Of a stretch of 64,000 bases of DNA, positions 1 through 11,569 are shown piece by piece (within the stretch, counting starts at the first letter, position 1; each line of letters begins with the position of its first letter). The notes beneath the pieces are model-generated. The model was not told the origin of the DNA. It saw nothing but the letters and a program-made list of their open reading frames with translations, and searched no databases. A program made the translations under genes and the position numbers. The stretch is taken from the NCBI GenBank assembly GCA_000002445.1, contig CH464491.1:1472001-1536000 (forward strand), written 5' to 3'. Source of the stretch: Trypanosoma brucei (taxonomy: Eukaryota).

Positions 1-47
1 GCAGTCCGCAGGAGGAGAACAACGGGTGGAAACCTGACGGGAAGGTC

Positions 48-3000
48 ATGTTTTTGTCGCAGCGCATGTTCTTGTTGATGGAACTTTACAGCGAGGTGTT
101 CCATCTTCGTATACCATGGTTGAGTGCCCTCCCAACGCGGCTTCCAGTGTTCCGTCCCTGTGATCAACCAATCGTAGATGCTTTGCGCCGTGGCGAGGTG
201 GTTGTTTCGAGGTGGCCAGCTCCAGGTATTGCTGCGCTCTGTTCGCTCCTTGTGTCATCTCTCTCCCGGGGTGTCTCAATGACAAAAATGCACCATATTA
301 CCATGAGCTCCCCAACGGGTGGTGTTCAGGAGTGGCCGTTGCTCCTGAACGTGGTGGCATGGGCCATCAAGCACCGAGACGAACCGAGTGAGGAGATTCA
401 ATTTGCCCTTGCTTGGGTTGCGCGTCTACTTCAGTGGACTGTGCATAGTGTAACTGTGCGTTTTGTGTGCGAGTTGGAGGAGGCCTACTTGTGGCTTTCA
501 GTGTTGAATGAGGCAACACTTCCCTGCTTTTTGCATATGATCAACAACTTACTCCAGCGGAGTTTATCAAAAACTGCGGACCGTGTAACACAGGAGTTAG
601 CGCATGGGGAACACGGTGTGCTTGTTAACGCTGCGCGTACATTTGCAGCTAAGTTTGACGCAAAAACCTCGGGGAAGGACGATGGGGGTGGTGAAAATGA
701 CATTAAATTCCTGAAAAGTGATGACAGCGGGGGCGTAAAGCGGGAGAAGAATAAAAGGGACGGGAAGAAGTTCGTGAAGGATTTATGGGTGCTTGATATG
801 CAGGAGAATATGGCTTTGTTTAAATTAGTCATCGATCGTGTTGAACGAAAATGGTGCAACCGTGTGGATTTAATGAGGGAGCACCTACACTCTGTTTTTA
901 CCGTATGCCATGAAGAGCATGGGAAGCGTCGAATCGCGCTTACGGTCTTGCAAGCAGAAAGAGAGCAGCGCGCGCTGCAGCCGCTGCACGATCAAGTGAT
1001 TGGCTTTTGCCGCACATTGACTCCTCCAACGCTAGTGGTTGATACGGAGGAGGCAGAAGTTCAACTCCTCTCATTCATTCGTGATTGCGATGTGAGGGAG
1101 GGACGGCAACGCGCGAAACTCATCCGGCGACTTAGCAAACACAGTAGTCCTACTCTGTGGTGTCGCTATCCAACGGTATGTTGGGAATTATCAGCACTCT
1201 TCTTGGTTCGGATTAAAACTCGCAGTGGAGAAAGGGACAATGATGCGATGAGCGAGACTACTGAAGTAAGCGACCTTGAGGATTTGAGTCAGGCCTTACT
1301 TCAGCTTGTAGGAGGAGAAATTGGTGATATCACGAAAGTGCTTTTGGAAAATAGCTCCAATGAAGGAAATGCCGTCGCATTCCTGTTCCTGCTCTTAGTT
1401 ACTGTTTGGACACTCTTGAAGGAGCATTCTAGTGTTTCCCATTATAGGAGCAGTACACGCACGACTATTGACGTGAATTTGTTCGCGCCCCTTTCAGTTC
1501 TGCTTCTGCGTACGTATTCGGGTACTCTGTCAATGGTGGACCGTATACGGTACTGCACGCTTCTATCTATGAATTACTTCCTTCGCGCGCAATCACAATC
1601 AAATCCACTGGTACCAGATGGGAATGATCCAATGGACTTGGAATCAACTCCCGAGGAGAGCGACAAATCAGAGGAAGCGGATGATGAGGGCTGTTGCGGG
1701 GACTCCCGTTGTTACGACAATTCAGCAGTTTTTAGTGGTATCGATGTACTGCAGTTTCTGACGGAACATCGCTTTCTTATAATGGACCATCAACGTGCTC
1801 CCCAAGTCACGCCTGAAGTCGATATGTTGTCTCTCCTCGTCGATGCCTGGACCCACGAGGAAGTGGCCACGGCAGCGTTACAGTGCCCTGTGAGGCTTCA
1901 CAATAACATTTTACTTTCACGGAGGGGTGATGTGGGCTGGGAACTGTTGCGCACCGTGTTCCCTGAATTCAACACGCCAAAGGACGTCGAGCTGGCCTCT
2001 TTTGACACGGTAGTTTCAGCCAATGTGATGGATCCTCGGTATCTTGTTCCTCTTCTTCATACTGTTCTCGCGATGCCGGCTGAACAGTTGCCACGACGGA
2101 ATGTTGGCACGAAGTGCATACCTGTTTTGTTGCGTTCTCTTTCCTTCACGGACTCGCACCTACGGCGCATGGGAGCGGCAGCGTTGGGTTCTGTGTGGAC
2201 GCCGAGTGGGCCGACGCGTATTGTTGTTGGATATACCCGGTTGAAGCTGACACAGTTGGCTGCTAAGAGGGAGCGTCAGTCCGGTAGTGGGAGCCGGCTT
2301 GAACGGCAGCAACAAACAGAAACTAGTGCTGAATGGAACTGCCCACTGCTACCAACACCTATATCTGCCTTCTTGGTCATGGCAATGGCTGTACTTGGAG
2401 ATGCACGGCATCCAATGTATCACGATGTTATGCATTTCTTGCTGGCAACAAAGGCAGCATTTTCGGACCCAGTACCGCTTCATCGGTTCCTGCTGTCGTT
2501 TCCACTGGCATGCATCACGACGCCAATTATGATCAAGCGCCACGAAGATATGAGAAACAAGGCAGACAAAAGTTCTATGGTGGCTGCTTCAGCCGAGGGG
2601 TTACTTGATCAGCTGCGTTCTGAAGGTCCAATCCACCTTGAGTTCGTCACCCGCCTCGTTGCACATGGATGTCAAACCTGTAGCGACATGAAGGCGATTC
2701 TGCATTCTGAGTCCCTGTATTCCCTCACCATGCTGATCTCTATGCTTGCTGCCGCGGATGACATTCGGCTTATGATGCTGCGATCTGTACACGCAATTTG
2801 CACTACATCCACAACTGTTGGCATAATGGCTGTATCCGACGGTCATATACTTCAGTGGTTGTTGGGATTTATACAACAGCTGACAGCGGAATACGGCAAG
2901 GACGTTCATTCATATGGAGGAGTGCTCTTTATGGAAGCTTTGTGTTTCTTGCAGAAACTCGCTTCACTCGCGTTTATGCTGCCGCTATACGGGCAACATG

Positions 3001-3251
3001 TGCGGCAGCAAGTGTGCATCATCCGTCGCGCGCTCACAGTGAACGGCGTGACAACTAAAGCTGTATTGGATGCTGTGGATACCGTTGCCGGGCAGTTAGA
3101 CGGCGAAGCGGAACTCACAGCGTCAGGAGCGTCGATGCTTCAAGGAAGGAGACGAAAAGTTCCTTTCCGTGGTCCTACCAATGGACACAACAATAGCCGA
3201 ACCAGTAGAGGCGGGTATGGCAGTCGTTCAGGGAATCGTCGACGGCGCTGA
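48..3251 (+). CDS. Large (about 1067 aa or more) conserved hypothetical protein. The reading frame is open from nt 3 to the first ATG at 48, so the true start may lie upstream of the window.
   Basis: Uninterrupted 3.2 kb + strand ORF; no recognisable catalytic motif; Leu-rich, possibly helical-repeat; same orientation as all neighbours. Confidence 0.6.
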   Translation: MFLSQRMFLLMELYSEVFHLRIPWLSALPTRLPVFRPCDQPIVDALRRGEVVVSRWPAPGIAALCSLLVSSLSRGVSMTKMHHITMSSPTGGVQEWPLLLNVVAWAIKHRDEPSEEIQFALAWVARLLQWTVHSVTVRFVCELEEAYLWLSVLNEATLPCFLHMINNLLQRSLSKTADRVTQELAHGEHGVLVNAARTFAAKFDAKTSGKDDGGGENDIKFLKSDDSGGVKREKNKRDGKKFVKDLWVLDMQENMALFKLVIDRVERKWCNRVDLMREHLHSVFTVCHEEHGKRRIALTVLQAEREQRALQPLHDQVIGFCRTLTPPTLVVDTEEAEVQLLSFIRDCDVREGRQRAKLIRRLSKHSSPTLWCRYPTVCWELSALFLVRIKTRSGERDNDAMSETTEVSDLEDLSQALLQLVGGEIGDITKVLLENSSNEGNAVAFLFLLLVTVWTLLKEHSSVSHYRSSTRTTIDVNLFAPLSVLLLRTYSGTLSMVDRIRYCTLLSMNYFLRAQSQSNPLVPDGNDPMDLESTPEESDKSEEADDEGCCGDSRCYDNSAVFSGIDVLQFLTEHRFLIMDHQRAPQVTPEVDMLSLLVDAWTHEEVATAALQCPVRLHNNILLSRRGDVGWELLRTVFPEFNTPKDVELASFDTVVSANVMDPRYLVPLLHTVLAMPAEQLPRRNVGTKCIPVLLRSLSFTDSHLRRMGAAALGSVWTPSGPTRIVVGYTRLKLTQLAAKRERQSGSGSRLERQQQTETSAEWNCPLLPTPISAFLVMAMAVLGDARHPMYHDVMHFLLATKAAFSDPVPLHRFLLSFPLACITTPIMIKRHEDMRNKADKSSMVAASAEGLLDQLRSEGPIHLEFVTRLVAHGCQTCSDMKAILHSESLYSLTMLISMLAAADDIRLMMLRSVHAICTTSTTVGIMAVSDGHILQWLLGFIQQLTAEYGKDVHSYGGVLFMEALCFLQKLASLAFMLPLYGQHVRQQVCIIRRALTVNGVTTKAVLDAVDTVAGQLDGEAELTASGASMLQGRRRKVPFRGPTNGHNNSRTSRGGYGSRSGNRRRR

Positions 3252-4374
3252 GGTCGCAATGGTGTGAAGGACGCTGCTGCTGCTTTTTGGGGTTCCTCGT
3301 TTTAGTGGAAGAGAGGAAGTGTGGTGGCTTACAGATGAGAAGGGCAATAGTCAGCGTGCGTGAAAGGGTGACAAGGGATATGGTGGCGAGTAGTGGTCGT
3401 TGTTAATAGTATGCGAGACGATGTCCCTAAGAATATGGAATAAAGGATGGGCGATACGAGCATTTTAACACCTATTGCTGAAGACGATTAAACGAATAAC
3501 TAGCTGAAATGTGAACTTATGTGCCTGCACGCCAGGTGATAAGAGATGTGTTGGCACAGGAAAGGGGAGATAACGTTGCGTTGCGGGTTGAAAGAGGGAG
3601 GTGTGTGATATGGGAGGAGATAAAAAGGTAACTGTGGGTGTTTGAAAAACATGTATAAGGAAACGGGCACACCCACACGGAAACACGCAAATATCTGTTC
3701 TCAACTACACTCTTCCGTCGCGTGAAACGGAACCCTTGGGTTTCACATACCTCACTTTCTGAAGTCACTGCGCAATCAGTGCTGGTACCGGTTGTAAATA
3801 ATCTTTTGTCTTATTTAGGGGGGGGGCTGGATCCCCATCTACTCATCTTATCGGACAAGGCGTTACACCCCTGTGCAAGCGTACTACTGGTGTTCACTCT
3901 AATGAGGACATTGCGACTAAATGTTTACTTCTAAGTTTTGACCACTTCTTTGTTTTAGCCTTTTTTGTCTTCACCTTGATTGCTCGTTTCCATATATATT
4001 TGTTTTGCCGATTGCCCCACCTATTTTCCCTTTTATTCTCTCATTTTTACCCGTACCGCCTTATGATGCACAAGTGTTTTTCCACGCAGTAGGTAGCGGC
4101 TGCTATTGCGGGGGGAAGGAAGTACTGAAAAAGTGACGCGAGCCAATTATATTAATACATATAGAGGAGTGGAAAGAGGAAGCCATAATAAAGAATCATA
4201 AAGCGTGGAGAAAAACTATTTGCGGCAGGTTACCCAAAGCACACGTGGACAAGCAGAGGCTTGTATATCCATATACATATATGGATATACGTCGATTTGC
4301 GTTTAGAGTACAATAAGTTTTTCTCTAGTTGTATCAGGGGGTTGCTTACTCCCGTTACGTTTCTTTAACCTCTC

Positions 4375-7281
4375 ATGAATTGCAACTGTGGCACACCAGT
4401 GCGTTGTGTAGTAGACAAAAGTGGCAAAATCTGTTACGTATGCCAATATCACAGATGCCGCTTTTGTGCCAACTCCCCCATTCAGGCAGAGGGTTGGCGT
4501 CGTATTGTTCCTCAACCTCCACCAAGAAACGGTTCGGGAGCTGTTTCCAGTATGGAGACATGTGCTATTCTGCGATTTGAAGCCCTTCTGCATCCGGAAA
4601 AAAAGGTGATGTATTGCACCGCCACACCGACCGCGCCGATGTGCAAGGAAGTGCTGGCGGTGTTGGAGGACGAACAGTTCAAACCAATGTGGTATGTGAA
4701 AAGGATGGCGTATGTTTACCCGATAGAATCATACGAACGTTTGATTCTTGCGCTCCGAAAGTTCTCTTCACATCAGCTGCAGGTAGAAAAGATACCACCG
4801 TTTTTCTTCAGTTGTGTACAAGCTGCGAAGGACAACGTACTTGAGCATGAGAAGCAGGTGAAGGTGAATCTGTCTCAGGGTCCAGATCCAGATGATGTGG
4901 TTTACTCTCAACTACACCCTTTTCAAAAACGAGGTGTGGGATTTGTTATTGCTCGTGGGGGTCGTGGGATGATTGCAGATGACATGGGTCTTGGTAAGAC
5001 AGTCCAAGCGATTGCCTTTGCCCATCACTACCGTAACGAGTGGCCACTGCTTATCATTTGCCCGCTTTCCTTGGTAGACAATTGGGAAAAGGAAATAATC
5101 CGATTTTGCTCGATACCGGTAGGGCGGATAGCCACGGCACACACAACAAAGAGGTTTCGCATCGATGGAGTTCATAGTATTGTTATTGTACCGTACTCAT
5201 CTTTAAAATGTCTCGAGGGTGTCTCGGTGACCTTTAAGGTTGTTATAGTGGATGAGTCGCACTACATAAAATCAGGCACCGCTCAGCGAACTACAGCAAC
5301 ACTTAAACTGTGTCGTGCAGCCAAACGAGTCCTGTTGCTTTCAGGAACTCCTGCTATGTCTAGGCCTGTCGAACTATATTCTCAGCTTCAGGCCTTCGTA
5401 AACCCTTCATGCATGCCGTCAAAAACACAATTTTGCGCGAGGTACTGCAATTCTTTTCAAGGCCGCTTTGGTGTAGACTGCACCGGACACTCCAATATCA
5501 GCGAATTGCATGCGTTAATACAGCATTTTGTTGTCCGTCGAACAAAAAGTGAACTGGCGAACGAGTTACCGTCAAAGAGCAGGCATTTGCTCTATCTGTA
5601 CATTACACCAAAAGAAAAAGCAGCCCTTGAAAAGGATATTACAAAACTGCGTGAATGCCTGAGAAATGGTTTGGCATTGCCGGGTTTGACAGATCCCCTG
5701 ACACCTTCTGCGTTTGCGTCAGATCCTCATGGCACTCCTGGTGGTCCTCCATCGCAATACTCAGCAGGTAAGCAACTAAATATTCTCGAGCTGCGCACAG
5801 CAACAGCGAGGGCAAAAACAACGGCTGTCCAGGACTACATACGTGGCGTAGCAGAGCAACTCGTTGAAACAAATGAAAAAATGATCGTTTTTGCCCACCA
5901 CCGTGTCATGTTAGATGGCATTCGCGATGCCATTGAATCTGTCAACCCGCGAAAGCCCCTAGACTATATTCTCATTTGTGGAAATACGGCCGCCGCACAG
6001 CGTGAGGAATTGCTTAACCATTTCCGTACATCACCCACCTGTCACCTTGCTGTATTGTCTATGCTCGTTTGCGGAGTGGGGCTAAATTTGACATGCGCAA
6101 CGATGGTTGTCTTCACTGAACTTGACTGGAACCCATGTACACATTTGCAGTGTGAGGATCGTGTGCATCGCATCGGGCAATCGTCATCATGCTTTATCAA
6201 GTATCTCCTAGCTGAAGGAACCTCTGACACCATCATTTGGCCACTGCTTCAAAACAAGCTGAGTGTCACAAAGGCACTACTGGAGGATGGCGCTGCTGCC
6301 AATGGTGTCAACGGTAGGTCTGACGGCCTTGTCAGCAAAAACACTAATGTGGAAAGTGTCCGTCGTTCTGATCTATCGACGACTCCACCTCTTCCGAAGG
6401 GAAGGCAGCTAACACTAGGAGAATGCAAGAGCAGTCAAACTTCAGGTCCTAGCACACCACGCACACCTTGCACAGAGCGTGCGGAGGAAACCCCTTCTTC
6501 TGCCGCTGAAGGTGATGGTAACAAAAAGACCAACGCCACGCAATTGCCTTCGCAGGGAGGTCAGACGGCGAAATCAGAAGAGAAGCCTGTTTTTATCGAT
6601 ATACCAACACTGCAGAAGCAGCGTCAAGAGAGGCAATCGAGTCTTGTTGTCCTGCAATCTACATGCAGCGGGGGGCAACCTGCTCCTAGTGTAGTGATTC
6701 CCGTTGCTGTTTCCCCTCAAATTTCTCCATCGGGTTCAAAACCACCCGTGACGACTGTGCTGTTGGGAAAGGGTGTGGTCAGTAACGAACCGCAGATAAG
6801 CACAGCGGAGAAACAAGTATGTATTGCTTCTTCTGCCGCGCTTTCGCCAATGCCAGACCTTGCTGCTAATATAACCCCTGCTGCTGCCATTACCTCCCCC
6901 CGTACTACTACTACTACTCAGGGTGTTACTAAGTTGGTTGAAAGTCCTGCCACCGGCCCTATTTGTTCCCCGTCTACTCAACTTCGACCAACGCCGCCGT
7001 TTTGTTCTCCCTGCGGTACTGTGAGGAGAACACCTTTTGTGCTTAGTCCCGCAATTGCGATATCTGCTCCTTCAAGCGTATCTCAGGGTGTAGGTGGGAC
7101 ATGTGTGTCTGCAGTTCCCTCCAACAGGGATGTGGATGATGGTGTCTTGCTTTCAAATGCATCAGCAGTGTCACAATCTGAGGCCTTACGCAGTTACAAC
7201 TCAAGGCGCACGCGATTTACCGTAGGAAGTGTGGGGGAGAAGCGAGTGCGAAACAACAATGAAACCGGTGAGACTCAGTGA
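4375..7281 (+). CDS. SNF2-family DNA helicase of the SMARCAL1/HARP (annealing helicase) type. It has an N-terminal Cys-rich zinc-finger-like segment and a C-terminal S/T/P-rich low-complexity tail of about 330 aa.
   Basis: The sequence LHPFQKRGVGFVIARGGRGMIADDMGLGKTVQAIAFAHHYRNEWPLLIICPLSLVDNWEKE closely matches the SMARCAL1 helicase motif I region. DESHYIKS (motif II), LSGTPAMSRPVELYSQL (III) and the C-terminal helicase motif QCEDRVHRIGQ are present. CNCGTPVRCVVDKSGKICYVCQYHRCRFC lies at the N-terminus. Confidence 0.85.
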   Translation: MNCNCGTPVRCVVDKSGKICYVCQYHRCRFCANSPIQAEGWRRIVPQPPPRNGSGAVSSMETCAILRFEALLHPEKKVMYCTATPTAPMCKEVLAVLEDEQFKPMWYVKRMAYVYPIESYERLILALRKFSSHQLQVEKIPPFFFSCVQAAKDNVLEHEKQVKVNLSQGPDPDDVVYSQLHPFQKRGVGFVIARGGRGMIADDMGLGKTVQAIAFAHHYRNEWPLLIICPLSLVDNWEKEIIRFCSIPVGRIATAHTTKRFRIDGVHSIVIVPYSSLKCLEGVSVTFKVVIVDESHYIKSGTAQRTTATLKLCRAAKRVLLLSGTPAMSRPVELYSQLQAFVNPSCMPSKTQFCARYCNSFQGRFGVDCTGHSNISELHALIQHFVVRRTKSELANELPSKSRHLLYLYITPKEKAALEKDITKLRECLRNGLALPGLTDPLTPSAFASDPHGTPGGPPSQYSAGKQLNILELRTATARAKTTAVQDYIRGVAEQLVETNEKMIVFAHHRVMLDGIRDAIESVNPRKPLDYILICGNTAAAQREELLNHFRTSPTCHLAVLSMLVCGVGLNLTCATMVVFTELDWNPCTHLQCEDRVHRIGQSSSCFIKYLLAEGTSDTIIWPLLQNKLSVTKALLEDGAAANGVNGRSDGLVSKNTNVESVRRSDLSTTPPLPKGRQLTLGECKSSQTSGPSTPRTPCTERAEETPSSAAEGDGNKKTNATQLPSQGGQTAKSEEKPVFIDIPTLQKQRQERQSSLVVLQSTCSGGQPAPSVVIPVAVSPQISPSGSKPPVTTVLLGKGVVSNEPQISTAEKQVCIASSAALSPMPDLAANITPAAAITSPRTTTTTQGVTKLVESPATGPICSPSTQLRPTPPFCSPCGTVRRTPFVLSPAIAISAPSSVSQGVGGTCVSAVPSNRDVDDGVLLSNASAVSQSEALRSYNSRRTRFTVGSVGEKRVRNNNETGETQ

Positions 7282-8742
7282 AAACTCTAGTTGTTTTATA
7301 TTTGGTTAAAATATATTTACTTGTTTTTGCTTTTACGTTCTCTTCCCTTGTGTACCGTTAGCGGTGTTTTGTTTACATATGGCAAATGGTGGTCAGATGA
7401 GGTGAAGCCAGTTCCCTTCCTTGTAGCCACAAACATATAGGTGCAGTTCTTAATTCATGCGGAAAAAAAATCAATTATTTATGTGCAGTGTTTTTCTGAG
7501 TTTTGTATACTCGGTCGCTTTTTTTTTCTTTTTTTTTTGCGGCGGGTGAGGGAGCATGAATACGTCGGTGTCGTTTGCAGTGACACTTTATAAGTATGTG
7601 CGGTGCCCTCATATGGATTGGAGTTATGGTTCATGAAACACGGTAAATTTGTTGATTCTTTTTACATTTGGAGTTCTTTGGCATAAGAATGGATGCGTCA
7701 GAGGGGGGAAGGAAAGGTGGAGGAGCAGAAGGAGGAGGAGGAGAACTTTGAGGGAAAATGTTATTTGTGGTGGTCCCACGGTGGGATTTATGCAAATGAC
7801 CGCTCTGCTGCGCGACCCATAAAAGTGGTAACCACCATCTCTTCGGGATCTCTTATCTTTTTTTTTCTCTTTGCTTTTGTTTTCGTTGAGAGGAGTATAG
7901 TCCAACGGCAGTCCCCTAAATGTTTGGGGTTGTATTTTAACACTTGTCATAATTTTTTTTCTTTACATTGTTGCACAATTCTGTGCTAACTAGTTCCTTA
8001 CCCGCCGCCTTGTATTTCAGTAGCCTGAATATGTGTCTCTTTGCATGCGCGTACTTGGTGGGTGAGAAAACAACGAAAGGTAACTTATGCAGTAAAAAAA
8101 AAAGAAATAAGAACATTTGTGCTCGTCACCGCTCACTGCGCCTGATTACCTCTTTTTGCATCTCTATCTCCTTTTTTTTTGTTTTAATCTTCTCTTTTTG
8201 TTACCTCCCATTGCCTTGCATATAGACGCGGTACTCCCCTCATCTTTACAATATATTTAAGCACTTTTAGAAATCGTACACTTGCAATCGGGGGAGAGTT
8301 GAGTGAGATCAACGGAGCGATTTCGATTTTTTTTTTTCGTTGTTGTTTGAGGAGTAAGGACAGGAAAAAAAACTAACCGGGGAAAAAGGGGAAAATAGTT
8401 AATATATTTATAGTTAGGTGTATAGTCGAAAAGGGATATTGGGGGCGAAGAAGCGGAAAGCACAAAAGGAAAGAAGGAGGGAAGTGAAAAGGAATTTTAG
8501 GGAAAGCGTAATAACAAAGAAAATAAAAGGGAAAAAGTAGAAATCTAACCGTATAATTTGGGTGTAAAGGGTGCGACGTGGGCCATTACCGGCGCGAGGG
8601 GATCGAGGTATTTTTCTGAACGCGGGAATAAACTAGTGGGGAATTGAACAGGAGGGAAGGGGGAGGAAATAATTTTGTATACCTCAAGGAAGAGTAACGA
8701 GATACCTGTGTAAGATAGCGGTGGTCACAACTCTGTGAAATA

Positions 8743-11040
8743 ATGGATATCGTTAATAACAATGGTTCTTTTGTGACACGCACTACTGTTTCCCGTCCCA
8801 TTCCGTTTGAGCGCTATCGTAAACCGTGCATCGCCACTTACCCGAGAAGTGCCGTTTTTCTCAACAAGCGCCGCGCGAATGAGCTACATTGCAGTGGCGC
8901 ACCCGGAAATGAAAATGGAAGTGATGACAATGCGTCTTCCCTCGCCTTTGGTGAAGATAATGGAAAGAATGAGGCGGCAGACGATGACGACCCGCTGAAC
9001 ATCGACCCAGAAACAATGCTTTGCTCCGATGAGCAACTAAAACAAGTGCTTGCTCTCCGCTGGCGCGACGTTGGTCCTAACGGATGCGGGTTGCAGAACA
9101 TGGGAAATACATGCTTTATCAATTGCGTGCTTCAAGCGATAGCGTATACACCTGCTCTTTCGCAATACTTTTCGACTACTTTCCGTTCTCCACACACAGA
9201 CCGGGTGTTGAATGCGCCATTTGACTACGCTTATGCTTTGGGAGAGACAATTCGTAAAATACACACTCCTTCGAGAAACGCATATAAACCAACCGTAATC
9301 ATCAGCAACATTAAGGTGCTTTCACCACACTTTCGCCTTGGAGTGCAAGGTGACGCGCATGAATTTGCCGTGCACCTGCTGCATGCGTGCCACCGTTCAA
9401 TTTTGTTTAGGCAAGTGGGTTCTCGTAAGCTGCCGCAACACATCGAACAAACTTCGACATTACAGCGGATCGTTGGTGGTTACCTTCGTTCCACTGTCAC
9501 TTGGAGTAGGCGGGAGGAGATTCATTACTTGTTAAAGGAGGGGAACCTTCAGGAAGCAAGTAACTTAAAGATGAACGCGAATTCGCGCAAAAGTGATAGT
9601 GATGATGGACACAAGGAACTCATCTCCAACACATATGATCCATTTGTGACGCTTAGCCCAGAGATCTGTGGTCAAACGCTCGAACACTGTTTGTCCAAAC
9701 TCTGCGCGAAGGAAAGGTTGGAGGGACGGGTGTATATAACGCCTCGCGGCGTTACCGTGAACGCTACTAAACAATTTATGTTGCATAAGTTACCGAATGT
9801 TTTAATTATCCATTTGAAACGTTTCAATGAGTTCGGGGCGAAGGTTGGGAAGTTTGTACGATACCCGAAGATACTGAACGTGGGGCCCTTTTGCACGACC
9901 GATGGAACGTTGAAAAAGCTACGTAACCACAAGAGGAGGGGTTACAAGCCCTCGAATGGTCCCGCTAGTTGTGACAGCAGCATTTATAATAGCGAAGCGA
10001 GCAATAGGTCAGTTGAGTGCCTATACGAATTGAACGCCATTTGTGTCCACCAGGGTTCCTCGCTCTCCCATGGGCACTACTTCAGTGTTGTTCGCGCACG
10101 CAATGAATCGTGGATTGAGTGCAATGATGGCCACATTTCACATTGCAGCGAGGACCATGCCCTATCGCAGTCAGCGTATATGCTTTTCTACTCCCGAGTA
10201 GCGGAAAGCTCTGCCACGCCCGATATCAAGTGCAGTCGAGACAATCATACAACACACAGGGGCATGGAACTATCATCGGGTCGTGTTAAACCCTTTACGG
10301 GAAGTACACCACGTAAAATAGTGGGTGAGTGCCCTACTAGCGATGTAGGTCGTGAGTTAACCGACCAAGAGGCGCTACGACTTATTGGAAAGAAGAGAGA
10401 AGTACCCCAGCAGCAGTTAGTACAGACGAACGGTGAGAAGAGAGTTCAACATGTTGGTCTTCCAGCTAGGTTGAAAGGACTCAACACCAAGTCGTCATCA
10501 TCTACTGCTGTACGGGACAACAGCTCCAACAACTCACTGTGGAGTGAACAGGAGACGTGTTCATCTTCCTACGCTTCCTCGGCGGCTTTCGACAGAGAAG
10601 AGAATTCAGTTTGTTCTTCTCGGAAGAATAGTGCACCCGACAGATATTGCGGAATAGTGAAAGCCCTAAAGGTAAACGGGTCGAGGGATGTTGGAAAGGG
10701 AGGGACTTCTCCAACTGACCCTTTGGGGGGCCACAGAAGCAGCGTTGTGGGGGAGGAGGTGTTGAGGGCTATGGAAAAGCATAAGCTGGAGGCTCCATTG
10801 ACTGTTATGCGTCAACCCCATGCGCCAAAGTTTCGACAGCAAGTGCGAGATCCTTTGTGGGAGCAGGAGATGGATCGTGGCCGTACAAAGCGATCAAGGT
10901 TGAAGCGGGATGAAAGCACGGATGAGGAGAACAAATTTCAGAAGGCAGACATTGGGTTTGACAGCCGTGGAAGGCGTCTCCTGAACCAACGAAATGAACG
11001 AGCTAACGGCCGGAGTTTCGCCCACGGAAAATTCTCGTAA
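8743..11040 (+). CDS. Ubiquitin carboxyl-terminal hydrolase (USP/UBP family, C19 peptidase)
   Basis: Cys box GLQNMGNTCFINCVLQAIAYTP. His box HGHYFSVVRARNESWIECNDGHIS. A low-complexity tail follows the catalytic domain. Confidence 0.85.
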   Translation: MDIVNNNGSFVTRTTVSRPIPFERYRKPCIATYPRSAVFLNKRRANELHCSGAPGNENGSDDNASSLAFGEDNGKNEAADDDDPLNIDPETMLCSDEQLKQVLALRWRDVGPNGCGLQNMGNTCFINCVLQAIAYTPALSQYFSTTFRSPHTDRVLNAPFDYAYALGETIRKIHTPSRNAYKPTVIISNIKVLSPHFRLGVQGDAHEFAVHLLHACHRSILFRQVGSRKLPQHIEQTSTLQRIVGGYLRSTVTWSRREEIHYLLKEGNLQEASNLKMNANSRKSDSDDGHKELISNTYDPFVTLSPEICGQTLEHCLSKLCAKERLEGRVYITPRGVTVNATKQFMLHKLPNVLIIHLKRFNEFGAKVGKFVRYPKILNVGPFCTTDGTLKKLRNHKRRGYKPSNGPASCDSSIYNSEASNRSVECLYELNAICVHQGSSLSHGHYFSVVRARNESWIECNDGHISHCSEDHALSQSAYMLFYSRVAESSATPDIKCSRDNHTTHRGMELSSGRVKPFTGSTPRKIVGECPTSDVGRELTDQEALRLIGKKREVPQQQLVQTNGEKRVQHVGLPARLKGLNTKSSSSTAVRDNSSNNSLWSEQETCSSSYASSAAFDREENSVCSSRKNSAPDRYCGIVKALKVNGSRDVGKGGTSPTDPLGGHRSSVVGEEVLRAMEKHKLEAPLTVMRQPHAPKFRQQVRDPLWEQEMDRGRTKRSRLKRDESTDEENKFQKADIGFDSRGRRLLNQRNERANGRSFAHGKFS

Positions 11041-11487
11041 GCGGGTGTATATCTCGGAAGCAGCTACCCAACGTTATTTGCCTTTTGTTAATGTGGTTGA
11101 TGGCAAGGTTTTTATTTGTTAGTCGAGTGATGGCTGTAAGAGTTTGGAGGGGGGGGAGTCTCCCCCTTTTTTTTACTTGCAGTAGATGTGTCGCATCACC
11201 ACTATCAGTGTATATTTAATAATAGCTCGGTTATTGACTAAATGAGAAATGCTACATCGCTAAACGGACTAAGAAATATGTACAGTCATTCCGTTAACGA
11301 AGTCTGTATTTGCCTCTTTGCTCCTTTACCTACGTTTTCCATGATTGAAGGAAAGGGGAGCAAACTCGTCACAGCGTTCTGCTTGTATGTTGTTCTCTCC
11401 CTAATCCTTTACTGCTACGCGCCTCGTCGGTTGGTGCGTTGAAATCACATGGTATTCCGCTCGTCGAAGCATGTTCTCTCGCCTTCT

Positions 11488-11569
11488 TCACTGTCTTCCA
11501 TTTGTCGAAAACCACTACGTTTTAGAGTCTCACCACAAAACAAAAGTTTTTCTTTATTTACACACCAAG
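11488..11569 (+). promoter_or_regulatory. Poly-pyrimidine tract immediately upstream of the ATP synthase c start; candidate trans-splicing acceptor region
   Basis: ctctcgccttcttcactgtcttccatttgtcg...tttttctttatttacacaccaag precedes the ATG; a kinetoplastid SL-addition site needs a polyY tract followed by AG. Confidence 0.4.
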
